Origin: the human T2T-CHM13v2.0 reference genome, Homo sapiens
NCBI RefSeq assembly: GCF_009914755.1
Contig: NC_060941.1
Strand: one strand, 5' to 3'
Length of the DNA: 64,000 nt
The notes below the pieces were generated by a model. That model was not told the origin of the DNA, did not search any database, and saw only the letters and a list, made by a program, of their open reading frames with translations. A program made the translations under genes and the position numbers. How positions within the stretch are numbered: the stretch's first letter is position 1; every line of letters starts with the position of its first letter. Below, piece by piece: positions 23,693-35,158 of this stretch.

Positions 23693-24779
23693 TGGCCACT
23701 GCTCCAACTAAAACAGAATGGCCCCCTCTGGGAACAGGGCTTCCTATGGGCTGGGAAGCATGGAGCCCCCACAGTGTGGCTATGCAGGGGAGTGAGGACC
23801 AGGTGGGGGCAGGCCTGTGGGGGTCACAGAGCTGGGCTAAGCTTCAGAGGGAAGTGGCCCCTGGGAGGGGGAATGGCTGGGGTTAAGACCCTGGGTTCCC
23901 ACGCCCCCAAAACAGAAGTAGAATTAGGGAGAAAGGACCCCCAAGACCAAGGACGGCACCTATCAGAGGAGCTCTCCACGGGCAGGAGGTGTCCCAGGGT
24001 GAGGGTGGCCAGGACAGGTCTAGGGAAATGCAGGTGGAGCAGGACCCAGAGATGGATTGGAGATGCCGGAGGGGAGGCTTCCTAGCGGGAGCGGAGACAG
24101 GCACTGCAGACAAGTGTCAGCGGGAGGGGCTCTGGGTGGGGAAGAAGACTGGGACTTGGAGGAAGACCTCTCCAGGGAGAAGGGAGGAGGGGGAAGGAGA
24201 AGGGGAGGAAGTGGGAGGAGGAGAGTGCTCATCCTGGAAGCCACAGCCTCGGAGAGAACTTTCTAGAAGGAAGGCATGACCATCAGTGTCCCAGGATGCT
24301 GAGAGGCCAGGAAAGGTGAGGCCTCAAGGCGCCATGGGGTTGTGGTGACCCCAAGATCACTGGGCACAGAGCAGGGATGGCTGGGGGTGGAAGGGGAGGG
24401 GCGCGGGCTGAGGTTCTAGGGCCCCAAAGCCAGGTGTGATGTGGCTCTAGGGGGAGTGAGGAAGGGGAGAATGTCCCTCTGAGCGTGCCTCTTGGGGAAG
24501 GCAGGGGTTCTGGCTGGGGCTTCTCCACTCCCAGGAAAGGAGGTGGTGTGGAAGGAGCGGGTGGGACGGAGGAGAGAGCGCCCCGCGGCCGCAGGACCAG
24601 CAGGTGGGGGACCAGGGTCAGCGCTGCTGGAGGGGCCTTAGCGCGACAGGACTGGCCAGAGACCGGGGATGTGGCACAGAAAGAGTTAAAGGGCACCCCA
24701 GGGACCGCCCTGCCGGTCCACCCATGTCACCCATGTTGGCCCCTACTCCAGCCCCCGTCTGCTCTGCAGGGGAAGGAAC

Positions 24780-26200
24780 CGGGAGCCGCGGTGGGGGCGA
24801 CTGGGGGTGTCGGTCTTTCCAGAAAATCAGGCAGGCATCAGGAAAGAAGGGGCGAGAACCCGGGGACGCGAGAGGAAGGGGGCGAGGGGGCGCCCAGGGA
24901 GGCGGAGGGAGCGAGAGGAAGGGGGGCTGAGCCACGGCCCCCACGCCCGCGCGCCCCTCCGCGTCCCAGGGCGTCCCCTCCCGGAGCTGGGACCCACCGC
25001 GACCACCACCTGCTGGGCCAGGGTCCGCGGGCTCAGGGGTCTGCAGGATTAGGGTCTGCGGAACCAGGACCCGTGGGACAAAGGTCTGTGGGGCGCGGGT
25101 CCGCGGGGTGGAATTCAGCGCGCCGAGTCTGCGTATGGCCGGGGTACGAGGCGCTCCCTGCGCAGGGTGGGCAGGACCGAAGCTCGCCGGGAGGCTGCGC
25201 GGAGGGCGGGCGGGGACCCTCGGCTGCCGCTCCCACCCCCGCGGGGCCGCCCCCGAGCCCGCCCTCCGCCGCCGCCCTCGCCCTGCGTCGCCGCCGGAAA
25301 GTTTGCACCGACCCCGATCTGGCAGCGCCGCGAAGACGAGCGGTCACCGGCGCCCGACCCGAGCGCGCCCAGAGGACGGCGGGGAGCCAAGCCGACCCCC
25401 GAGCAGCGCCGCGCGGTGAGCACCTGGGCCGCGGCCCCGAGGGGACGTTGGGGAGTCGACCCGGTGGGGACAGAGACCGCGGGGCGGGCGCGGCGGGGCC
25501 GGGGGCGCGGGGAGCGGGGAGCCGGCCGGGCGGTCTCCGGGGTCCGGGCTGGTGCGCTCCTCAGTCCCGTCAGACACCCCCGTTCCCAACCCCGGCTCGG
25601 ACACCACCCGGTCCTGCACCGTCGGGCAGGTCCAGGGGTCTCAGCCCCTCCCCCGTTCTCTGGTCCTGGGGGGCGCGGCTGGGGGCGGGGGTGTCGCTGG
25701 CCGCCTGGCGCCCTGCGGCGGCCACACTGCAGCGGCCACACTCCCCACTCAGGGCCCCGGGCCCCGCCGCCCTGGGGAGCGCACAAAGCGCCGCGGACGC
25801 GTCCCCGAGGCGCGGGGTCTCACCAGCGCTGTCTCCCCTCGGTGGGCTCCTGCCCCGAGGACTGCCCGGTGGCACCGGCGCGGCCCAGGATGGGGTGAGG
25901 GGTGTCTGCGCCCCGCCTGGCCGCTCCTCTTCCGCGGCCCACACTGGCGACTTTGACCCCGGCAAGCGGGTCACTGCCCTGCCCGGCTCCGGCCCCCCCG
26001 GCGCCCCACCACCCGGCCGACTCGGCCACCGGGCTTATGCTCCGACTCTGAACCGACTGACCCCGGCCCCCTCGGCGCCCGCATCCTCCAAGGACCGGCC
26101 AGGGCTGCTCTCTGCCCTTGGTATTGGGGACATCAGGGTTGGGGGGTCTGGGTGCACCCACGCCTGCCCCGCCCCCACGGGGTGAGGGCGCAGGGATAGG
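24780..26200. promoter_or_regulatory. GCGR: GCGR CpG-island promoter
   Basis: Very high GC and CpG density, multiple GC boxes around exon 1, no obvious TATA box. Confidence 0.88.
25300..25415 (+). other. GCGR: GCGR non-coding exon 1 (5' end approximate)
   Basis: Matches the recalled GCGR mRNA 5' UTR (GATCTGGCAGCGCCGCGAAGACG...); donor CG|gtgag at 25416; joins the exon 2 acceptor ctag|GACCCTGAGG at 30007. Confidence 0.9.
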
Positions 26201-26645
26201 GCTTTGTCAACAGCCTGTGGCCCCTGATCCCGCCCCGGTGCCCTGACCTTCCACTACCTTCTCTGGTTTCACAAAAACATCCCGGCTCCCATCCCGGAGC
26301 TCCTCAAAGCGTCTGAGAGGCCCCTTGCGGACGCCCTGGGAGCCCCGCTGCCTTCCTGGACCAGTGGCCGCTCCACCCATCCTGGGGGCCCAGCTCCAGG
26401 TCTGCGGGTCCCTCAGCCGCCCCCAGTGGGAATCGGTGGAGCCTGACGCAGCCAGGAGCGCCCAAGAGTCACGTGTTCTGCCAGGGAGGACATGGGACAG
26501 GACACGGGGTGCCAGCCCTGCAAAGCGGCCGGGGCAGTGGAGCTCAGGTGGCCCTAAGCCCTGGTGGTGGCTGGTGTGGCCCGGCAGGCAGCTGTGGGAG
26601 GGAGGAAGGGGGTGGCATGCGGTGGGGGTCTAGAGAAGGCGGGCA

Positions 26646-26887
26646 GGGCACCTCGGGAGCCCCCCCATTGGGCACCTCGGGAACCCCCCACATTGGGCAC
26701 CTCGGGAACCCTCCCATTGGGCACCTCGGGAACCCCCCACATTGGGCACCTCGGGAACCCCCGCATTGGGCACCTCGGGAACCCTCCCATTGGGCACCTC
26801 GGGAACCCCCCTATTGGGCACCTCGGGAACCCCCACATTGGGCACCTCGGGAACCCCCCCTATTGGGCACCTTGGGAACCCCTCCCC
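26646..26887. repeat. 24-25-bp VNTR x10 in GCGR intron 1
   Basis: Unit GGGCACCTCGGGAACCCCCCACATT. Confidence 0.95.
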
Positions 26888-29475
26888 TAATTCTCAGCTG
26901 ACTCCAAGGCCTGAGAAGGAGCTTGGTCACCTGGACTGTGAAGGTGGAGGGTGGGGTCCCTGGTGGGTCGTCCCACCTACCAGCTGTGTCGCCGGAAGGG
27001 TAATACGGAGCACTGTGGCCCCGGGGAGCCCCGAGTGGCAGCTCCACAGCTGGGAGTTTCTGTCCACTCCTTCAGTCAACAAACATTGATCCTGGGCTGA
27101 CCGGGGCCCGGGGGTGTCAGTGTCTCCTCTCGGGGGAGAGGGCTGGGTGAGATCAACAGAGGAGCCTCCCTTCTTCCCTTCAGGCTGGTGTCACCTTCAG
27201 TGATGGGGCAGGGTCCCCACTTGGGAAGTTAAATCGTCGTCCCCGTCCCAGGACCACAGCAGCCTCAGCCCTGCTCTCCAGGCCAGGCTCTCTCATGGGT
27301 GCTCAGCTGGAAATTGGTCCCCCCCCGGCTCCACCCACCCCTGTTGGGGTGAGGAGCTGGAGTCTCCCTACCCATATGGGACCCACCACCCGCAGGGAAC
27401 GGAGGACGCTCACACTTCTGCACCTCCTGCCTCACTATCAGAGACCCAGTGGAGAATTGCCTCCCACCTCACCTCTTGTATTCAGAGGCCCTGACCCCTA
27501 GGGATCCGGGACTAGGGGTGCCCTATGGGGAGCCCACCTGTGGCCTGTGGATGCTGAGCTGTCGGGGGAATCCTCCAGGATCCCCAGCCCCACCTTCCCA
27601 ACCTTCTGTTGAGGCTGAGGGGACACAGAGCCCCACTCCTGGGTCCTGACTGTTTCAAAGAAAGGCCTGGGGGACTGGGCAGCCAACCCCTCCCTCGGCT
27701 CGCTGGGGTCTCCAGACTGGCTGCCCGGCTGGAAGGTGGGGCCCTGGCACGCGAGGACCTCATGTGTGGAGGCACTGGCTTGGGGGGTGCTCCCAGTGGC
27801 TCTAGAGTCAACATGACAGGCATCGAATGGCTCCTGTTTCTCTGGCAGAGTTGGGGCAGAGCCAGGCTTGGCCACGCTGGGCTCTAAGGGGCTGTCATTT
27901 TGCCCAGGGAGCTCCTGGCTGGGTGGTCCTCCCCCCAGGGTGAGCACGCGTCCCCCCCACCCCCACTTCGAGGCGCCCAGGCAGGGAACAGCTCATTGGC
28001 CAGTGTCCTTCCTCCTTGTCCCCCGCCTGCATCTCCACCATCCACCCTGCTCCAGCTGCCCCTTGTCCCTCTCCCCGTCCCCTGCCCAGAGCCCCAGGTC
28101 TCCCCTGCACCCCTGAGCCTGCCCACCTAGCAGTGCCCCTCGTCCAGGGCCCCTCTGGGTTGGGGGTGCACACAGTGGGGAGAGGCGGCTCCTGCTGCTC
28201 CTCACCCAGCCCGGCTCAGTGGCCGGAGCCGCCCAGGACAGTGGCAGTAGATGGGGCTGTTTGATCAGGATCAGGGAAGATAAGGCCCCTTGCGTGACCC
28301 CAGAGCTGGGGACGCCAAAACTGCCCCTCCTCCCCCACCCGCCTGCCGCTGTCTCCGCCAGGGAGAGGCCCCTACTCTGTGGGTCCTTCGCCCCAGCACC
28401 AAGCCTGCATGGCTGCTCACCTGGCTCAGGAACTGGGGATCAGCGACACACGGGTCCTGCCTCCCATCGGCCCCTACATGAGCCCAGGGTCCAAGGGCTG
28501 CGGTTGGGAGCTCTTTAGCAGTCTGTGACGCAGGTGCCTGTCCCTGTCATTCAGCTGTCACACTGCTTGGGGCATCTCAGGCCCCGTTAGCGGGGCAGCC
28601 CTGGGTGGAGCTGGCCCCACGCGGGCTCACCCAGCCGCTACCTGGAGGAGGCTAAAATCCAGGCTGTCCCGTGGCAGCCAGCAGTCCAGGCCTGCCCGGA
28701 AACCCTCTGCTCCAGCTGCAGCCTTCGCCCATCTCCTTGCCCCTCTCCCCGGCTTCCCCCTGGCACTGCCTTCCAGCTGGCTGGCCCTCCATCTGCCCAG
28801 CCATCCATCCACACCTCTTATTCCATTTGAGGGTGCCCCAAAGAAGAGCCCGTAACAGCCCGGGGGCTCATAGCCAGCCACTCGCGGGACCCCGCACATG
28901 CACGTGGACCCACAGGAAGACCCTCCCTGCTTCTCCCACAGAATTCAGTTGGTGCAGAAACTGGGCTCTGTAGCAACGAAAGGCCGATTTGTGTAGCTGT
29001 TGCCACCCCGAACTCCCAGCTCAGATGCTGGCTGTGGCATGGGGACCAGGGGCTGTGACTCCCACAGCCCTGGCAGGCACCACGGGGGATGTCCTCCCCA
29101 CCCTGTGCCCCCACCCTAGGCCAGCTCCTCCTCCAAGTCGACGCCCGCAGTGCTAACCTCAAAGGACTGTGCAGCCAGCCTGTGGCGTCCCATGGGATCC
29201 AGGAAGCCCAACCGAGCCTTGCACGGCACCCACGAGGCACCTAGGCACCCCGGTGCTGGGCAGGGGGCACACATGTGACACAGACCCCTGAGTGTGGGCC
29301 CCACACACTTGGCCTGGCACAGCTGCAAGCCAGCCCAGCCACTTTGCTCGCTGTGGCACTGGGGCCAAGTGATGGAAGGTCCAGGCACCGCCACCCTCAC
29401 GCTTGGCACATTGGCTCAGGTCAGCCTGGCAAGCCAGCTTTCCCAGGGGCTAAGAATAGGTGAGGAGGATGGTGA

Positions 29476-29984
<509 letters not shown>

Positions 29985-30183
29985 CCAGCTCCCTCTTTAT
30001 CCCTAGGACCCTGAGGCTCAGAGGGGCAGCTTCAGGGGAGGACACCCCACTGGCCAGGACGCCCCAGGCTCTGCTGCTCTGCCACTCAGCTGCCCTCGGA
30101 GGAGCGTACACACCCACCAGGACTGCATTGCCCCAGCTGTGCAGCCCCTGCCAGATGTGGGAGGCAGCTAGCTGCCCAGAGGC

Positions 30184-30243
30184 ATGCCCCCCTGCCAGCC
30201 ACAGCGACCCCTGCTGCTGTTGCTGCTGCTGCTGGCCTGCCAG
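30184..30243 (+). CDS. GCGR: GCGR exon 2 coding part (signal peptide); exon starts at 30007
   Basis: [20 protein letters not shown] followed by donor gtgag. Confidence 0.97.
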
Positions 30244-33200
30244 GTGAGGACTCACAGCACCCTCAGCACCCAGGGGCCCTCCTGTGAGGACTGCACACTG
30301 ATGGCTCTCTGTCTGCCTGCCTGCCTGCCTGCCTGTCTGCCTGCCTGTCTGTCTGTCTGCCCGTCTGCCTGCCCATCTGCCTGTCTGTCTGCCTGTCCGT
30401 CTGTCTGTCCATCTGTCCATCTGCCTATCCATCTGCCTGCCTGTCTGCCTGTCCGTCTGCCTGTCTGTCTGCCTGTCCATCTGTCCATCTGCCTATCCAT
30501 CTGCCTGCCTGTCTGTCGGCCTGCCTGCCTGCCTGTCTGTCTGCTGCCTGTCTGTCCGTCTGCCTGTCTGCCTGTCCGTCTGCCTGCCTGTCCGTCTGCC
30601 TGTCCGTCTGCCTGCCTGCCTGTCTGTCTGCCTGCCTGTCTGCCTGCCTGTCCGTCTGCCTGTCCGTCTGCCTGCCTGTCTGCCTGCCTGTCTGCCTGTC
30701 TGCCCGTCTGCCTGTCTGTCTGCCTGTCCGTCTGCCTGTCTGTCCGTCTGTCCATCTGCCTATCCATCTGCCTGCCTATCTGTCTGTCCGTCTGCCTGCC
30801 TGTCTGTCTGCCTGTCTGCCTGTCTGTCTGCCTGTCTGTCCATCTGCCTATCCATCTACCTGCCTGCCTGTCTGCCTGTCTGTCTGCCTGTCTGTCTGCC
30901 TGCCTGTCTGTCTGTCTGTCTGGTTGCTTGTGCATGTGTCCCCCAGCCACAGGTCCCCTCCGCTCAGGTGATGGACTTCCTGTTTGAGAAGTGGAAGCTC
31001 TACGGTGACCAGTGTCACCACAACCTGAGCCTGCTGCCCCCTCCCACGGGTGAGCCCCCCACCCAGAGCCTTTCAGCCTGTGCCTGGCCTCAGCACTTCC
31101 TGAGTTCTCTTCATGGGAAGGTTCCTGGGTGCTTATGCAGCCTTTGAGGACCCCGCCAAGGGGCCCTGTCATTCCTCAGGCCCCCACCACCGTGGGCAGG
31201 TGAGGTAACGAGGTAACTGAGCCACAGAGCTGGGGACTTGCCTCAGGCCGCAGAGCCAGGAAATAACAGAACGGTGGCATTGCCCCAGAACCGGCTGCTG
31301 CTGCTGCCCCCAGGCCCAGATGGGTAATACCACCTACAGCCCCGTGGAGTTTTCAGTGGGCAGACAGTGCCAGGGCGTGGAAGCTGGGACCCAGGGGCCT
31401 GGGAGGGCTCGGGTGGAGAGTGTATATCATGGCCTGGACACTTGGGGTGCAGGGAGAGGATAGGGCTGGAGGACTCACCCGGGAGGCAGTGCCTGGGTTC
31501 GGATGAGGGAGGCAGCCACCACTGGGCAGAGGGGGGCAGGTGTGGCAGCCTCCATTGGGCAGAGGGAGCAGATGTGGCAGCCACAGGTTTGGCGATGCAC
31601 CTGGGAAGGATGAAAATGGCATTGGGGTTCAGCCCCCAGAGAGGGAGGTGCTGAGAGAAGGTCACGGAGAATGGGGGACCCCAGTGTGGGTTTGGGGCAC
31701 ATTTGAGATGGGGGGTCTCCAAGGGAAGGTGTCCTGCAGAGCTGCAATTCAGGGCTGGGCTGGGCGTGCTAGCGGAGGCTGGTCCAGGGGAGGTGGATGG
31801 TCAGGTGAGGAAGGTGGAGGTCAGATGGGGGAGGTGGAGGTCAAGTGGGGGAGGGAGCAGCCCAGGCCATGTCCTGGGCGAGGTGACGGCCGAGCTCAGG
31901 CTTCCAGAGAGAGGAGAGAGGCCTGCTGAGGGAGCCCCTTCTCCCACCCTGCCCTGCCCTGCTCTGCCCTGCCCTACCCTACCCTGCAGAGCTGGTGTGC
32001 AACAGAACCTTCGACAAGTATTCCTGCTGGCCGGACACCCCCGCCAATACCACGGCCAACATCTCCTGCCCCTGGTACCTGCCTTGGCACCACAAAGGTA
32101 CCCATAGAGGGGAGGAACTGTGGGGGGGGCGGGCCCAGGGTGGGGCTGACCCCAGCCTCCCCCCACACCCCCAGTGCAACACCGCTTCGTGTTCAAGAGA
32201 TGCGGGCCCGACGGTCAGTGGGTGCGTGGACCCCGGGGGCAGCCTTGGCGTGATGCCTCCCAGTGCCAGATGGATGGCGAGGAGATTGAGGTCCAGGTCA
32301 GTGGGCGGCAGGCAGGCGCGGTGGGGCTGGATGGGAACGGGCATGGGGGCCCCTGCCTGGCCCTCACAGGCCACTGTAACTCGCAGAAGGAGGTGGCCAA
32401 GATGTACAGCAGCTTCCAGGTGATGTACACAGTGGGCTACAGCCTGTCCCTGGGGGCCCTGCTCCTCGCCTTGGCCATCCTGGGGGGCCTCAGGTAGGAT
32501 TCCGCCAGCGCCCGGGGCGGCCGCAGAGGACAGGGAGGAGGACGGGCGCTGACTGGCTGTGCCCACAGCAAGCTGCACTGCACCCGCAATGCCATCCACG
32601 CGAATCTGTTTGCGTCCTTCGTGCTGAAAGCCAGCTCCGTGCTGGTCATTGATGGGCTGCTCAGGACCCGCTACAGCCAGAAAATTGGCGACGACCTCAG
32701 TGTCAGCACCTGGCTCAGTGATGGAGTGAGCCCCCCTCGGCGGCCCCAGGCAGGTGGGTGGGTGGGCAGCCAGGCAGGTGGCCACGTAGCCGCGCTCACA
32801 CTGCACCTGTACCAGGCGGTGGCTGGCTGCCGTGTGGCCGCGGTGTTCATGCAATATGGCATCGTGGCCAACTACTGCTGGCTGCTGGTGGAGGGCCTGT
32901 ACCTGCACAACCTGCTGGGCCTGGCCACCCTCCCCGAGAGGAGCTTCTTCAGCCTCTACCTGGGCATCGGCTGGGGTGAGTGGGCTGGCATGAGAGGGGG
33001 TTAAGGCAGGCTGACCAAGCCTTTGGGACCACAGCTGCTGCCCCCCACAGGTGCCCCCATGCTGTTCGTCGTCCCCTGGGCAGTGGTCAAGTGTCTGTTC
33101 GAGAACGTCCAGTGAGTATGAGCGGCTGGACAGCCTGGGGAGGGACCGGGGGGCTGGGGTGCGGCGCTCTGGCCTGAGGCAGGGAGGGGCCGGGGATGAG

Positions 33201-34854
33201 CCTGGTGCCTGGGGAGGGGGTCATTTGTGACCTTCTCCCTTCCTTTTCTGAGACCCGAATTAGATCCTGGCAAAATCGGGACGGGGGTGCTGAGGGGCGG
33301 AGGGGCTGGGGGCTGTGCCCCAGTATGTGAGTGGCCTGGCCTCGCAGGTGCTGGACCAGCAATGACAACATGGGCTTCTGGTGGATCCTGCGGTTCCCCG
33401 TCTTCCTGGCCATCCTGGTGAGGAAATGAAGAGCCAGGAGCGCACCCCAGGCCCCTCCTCCCTTGGCGTCCTGAGGCTGCCCCAGGAGACAGCAGCATCC
33501 TGTCTGAGAGCGCTGGGAGGGAGCCGGCACCCAGACAGGACACCAGGACACTGGCCAGCACCCTGGACACTGAGCCAGGCTGTTCCTCCCTGGCTGTGTG
33601 CCCACCAGCCCCAGGGCTATGTGGCCCAGGGCCTATCTTGCTGCCAGGCCCACCTGCAGGAGGGTCAGGTGGGGCCTTCCAAGGGCACAGAGCTGTTCCC
33701 TGGGGCTCGGGATGCCCCTGACTCGCACCCTTCTCACACAGATCAACTTCTTCATCTTCGTCCGCATCGTTCAGCTGCTCGTGGCCAAGCTGCGGGCACG
33801 GCAGATGCACCACACAGACTACAAGTTCCGGTGGGTGCCGCGGCAGCTGGCGTCTCGAGACCTGGAGACCCTCAGGGCCAGAGGGCAGCTGGGGGTGGGG
33901 ACTCCAAGCTCCACGTGGATGGTGCGGGCCGAGGGTGGGGGCGGTGGGTGACTCAGGCGCTGCCTCTGCAGGCTGGCCAAGTCCACGCTGACCCTCATCC
34001 CTCTGCTGGGCGTCCACGAAGTGGTCTTCGCCTTCGTGACGGACGAGCACGCCCAGGGCACCCTGCGCTCCGCCAAGCTCTTCTTCGACCTCTTCCTCAG
34101 CTCCTTCCAGGTGCCCGCCCGCCCGCCGGCTCCCCCGCCCGGGGCGCAGTGTGCCACCCCTGACCACCCTGTCTCTCCAGGGCCTGCTGGTGGCTGTCCT
34201 CTACTGCTTCCTCAACAAGGAGGTAGGTGGGAGTGGGGGCATCTGAGACCATCAGCACTGGCCGTCGGGGTCAGGGGCAGAGAGAGGCACAGGGATGCCA
34301 GCCCCACCCCTGCCCGGGGGTTGGAACACGTGGGGCCCAAGCCTTTCCCTCCCCCTGCTCTTATTGGGTGCAGTTGCCATGGCGCTGGGTGTCAGGCCCC
34401 CAGGACAGGTTGGCCTCAGCCCCATCGCTACGGTGTCCACCGTGGGGGTCCCCAGGTGTCTGCAGACTGCTTTCCGTGGCGATGCTGGGTGGCATAGCTG
34501 TGCCCAGCAGGGAGCTTGTGTCGCTCTGCACCCCTCAGAGCGGAGACTGGGCATCTCCGATGAGGCCCACAGCAGGTCCCGGTGGGGTGGAGAGGACAGG
34601 CAGGCCCTAGGACTGGCCTGCCCCGTCCCCCTCCCCAGGTGCAGTCGGAGCTGCGGCGGCGTTGGCACCGCTGGCGCCTGGGCAAAGTGCTATGGGAGGA
34701 GCGGAACACCAGCAACCACAGGGCCTCATCTTCGCCCGGCCACGGCCCTCCCAGCAAGGAGCTGCAGTTTGGGAGGGGTGGTGGCAGCCAGGATTCATCT
34801 GCGGAGACCCCCTTGGCTGGTGGCCTCCCTAGATTGGCTGAGAGCCCCTTCTGA
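30184..34854 (+). CDS. GCGR: Glucagon receptor (class B1 GPCR), 477 aa, 13 coding exons
   Basis: Exons 30184-30243, 30947-31049, 31990-32097, 32175-32296, 32387-32493, 32569-32725, 32816-32975, 33051-33111, 33348-33417, 33742-33830, 33972-34110, 34181-34222, 34639-34854 sum to 1434 nt; all introns are GT-AG. Translation [36 protein letters not shown]...[14 protein letters not shown]...LHCTRNAIH...LAESPF* is the glucagon receptor. Codon 40 is GGT (Gly40) at 31004-31006. Confidence 0.99.
30307..30922 (+). repeat. Compound (CCTG/TCTG/CCAT)n microsatellite filling GCGR intron 2
   Basis: ~615 of the 703 intron nt. Confidence 0.95.
30947..31049 (+). CDS. GCGR: GCGR exon 3
   Basis: ccccag|CCACAG...[34 protein letters not shown]|gtgag. 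Confidence 0.97.
31990..32097 (+). CDS. GCGR: GCGR exon 4
   Basis: [36 protein letters not shown]; ag/gt boundaries. Confidence 0.97.
32175..32296 (+). CDS. GCGR: GCGR exon 5
   Basis: [41 protein letters not shown]. Confidence 0.97.
32387..32493 (+). CDS. GCGR: GCGR exon 6 (TM1)
   Basis: [35 protein letters not shown]. Confidence 0.97.
32569..32725 (+). CDS. GCGR: GCGR exon 7 (TM2/ECL1)
   Basis: [53 protein letters not shown]. Confidence 0.97.
32816..32975 (+). CDS. GCGR: GCGR exon 8 (TM3)
   Basis: [35 protein letters not shown]...GIGW. Confidence 0.97.
33051..33111 (+). CDS. GCGR: GCGR exon 9
   Basis: [20 protein letters not shown]; ag/gt boundaries. Confidence 0.96.
33348..33417 (+). 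CDS. GCGR: GCGR exon 10
   Basis: [24 protein letters not shown]. Confidence 0.96.
33742..33830 (+). CDS. GCGR: GCGR exon 11
   Basis: [29 protein letters not shown]. Confidence 0.96.
33972..34110 (+). CDS. GCGR: GCGR exon 12
   Basis: [47 protein letters not shown]. Confidence 0.96.
34181..34222 (+). CDS. GCGR: GCGR exon 13
   Basis: [14 protein letters not shown], the typical 42-nt class B TM7 exon. Confidence 0.96.
34639..34854 (+). CDS. GCGR: GCGR exon 14 coding part
   Basis: [12 protein letters not shown]...LAESPF TGA. Confidence 0.97.
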   Translation: MQSELRRRWHRWRLGKVLWEERNTSNHRASSSPGHGPPSKELQFGRGGGSQDSSAETPLAGGLPRLAESPF

Positions 34855-35152
34855 ACCCTGCTGGGACCCCAGCTAGGGCTGGACTCTGGCACCCAGAGGG
34901 CGTCGCTGGACAACCCAGAACTGGACGCCCAGCTGAGGCTGGGGGCGGGGGAGCCAACAGCAGCCCCCACCTACCCCCCACCCCCAGTGTGGCTGTCTGC
35001 GAGATTGGGCCTCCTCTCCCTGCACCTGCCTTGTCCCTGGTGCAGAGGTGAGCAGAGGAGTCCAGGGCGGGAGTGGGGGCTGTGCCGTGAACTGCGTGCC
35101 AGTGTCCCCACGTATGTCGGCACGTCCCATGTGCATGGAAATGTCCTCCAAC

Positions 35153-35158
35153 AATAAA
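35153..35158 (+). terminator. GCGR: GCGR polyadenylation signal
   Basis: First AATAAA after the stop codon, ~300 nt downstream. Confidence 0.85.

Noticed and set aside
24485-26185. 566-aa ORF and several overlapping 100-240-aa ORFs
   Set aside because: Non-ATG start, Pro/Gly/Arg/Ala low complexity, and it spans the GCGR CpG island where stops are rare in all frames.
28890-29290. Possible ChREBP/G-box glucose-response element in GCGR intron 1
   Set aside because: E-box-like hexamers are present but I found none with the 5-bp ChoRE spacing.
31979-34167. 309-aa and 388-aa minus-strand ORFs
   Set aside because: Antisense shadows of GC3-rich GCGR exons and short GC-rich introns; no recognisable domain.
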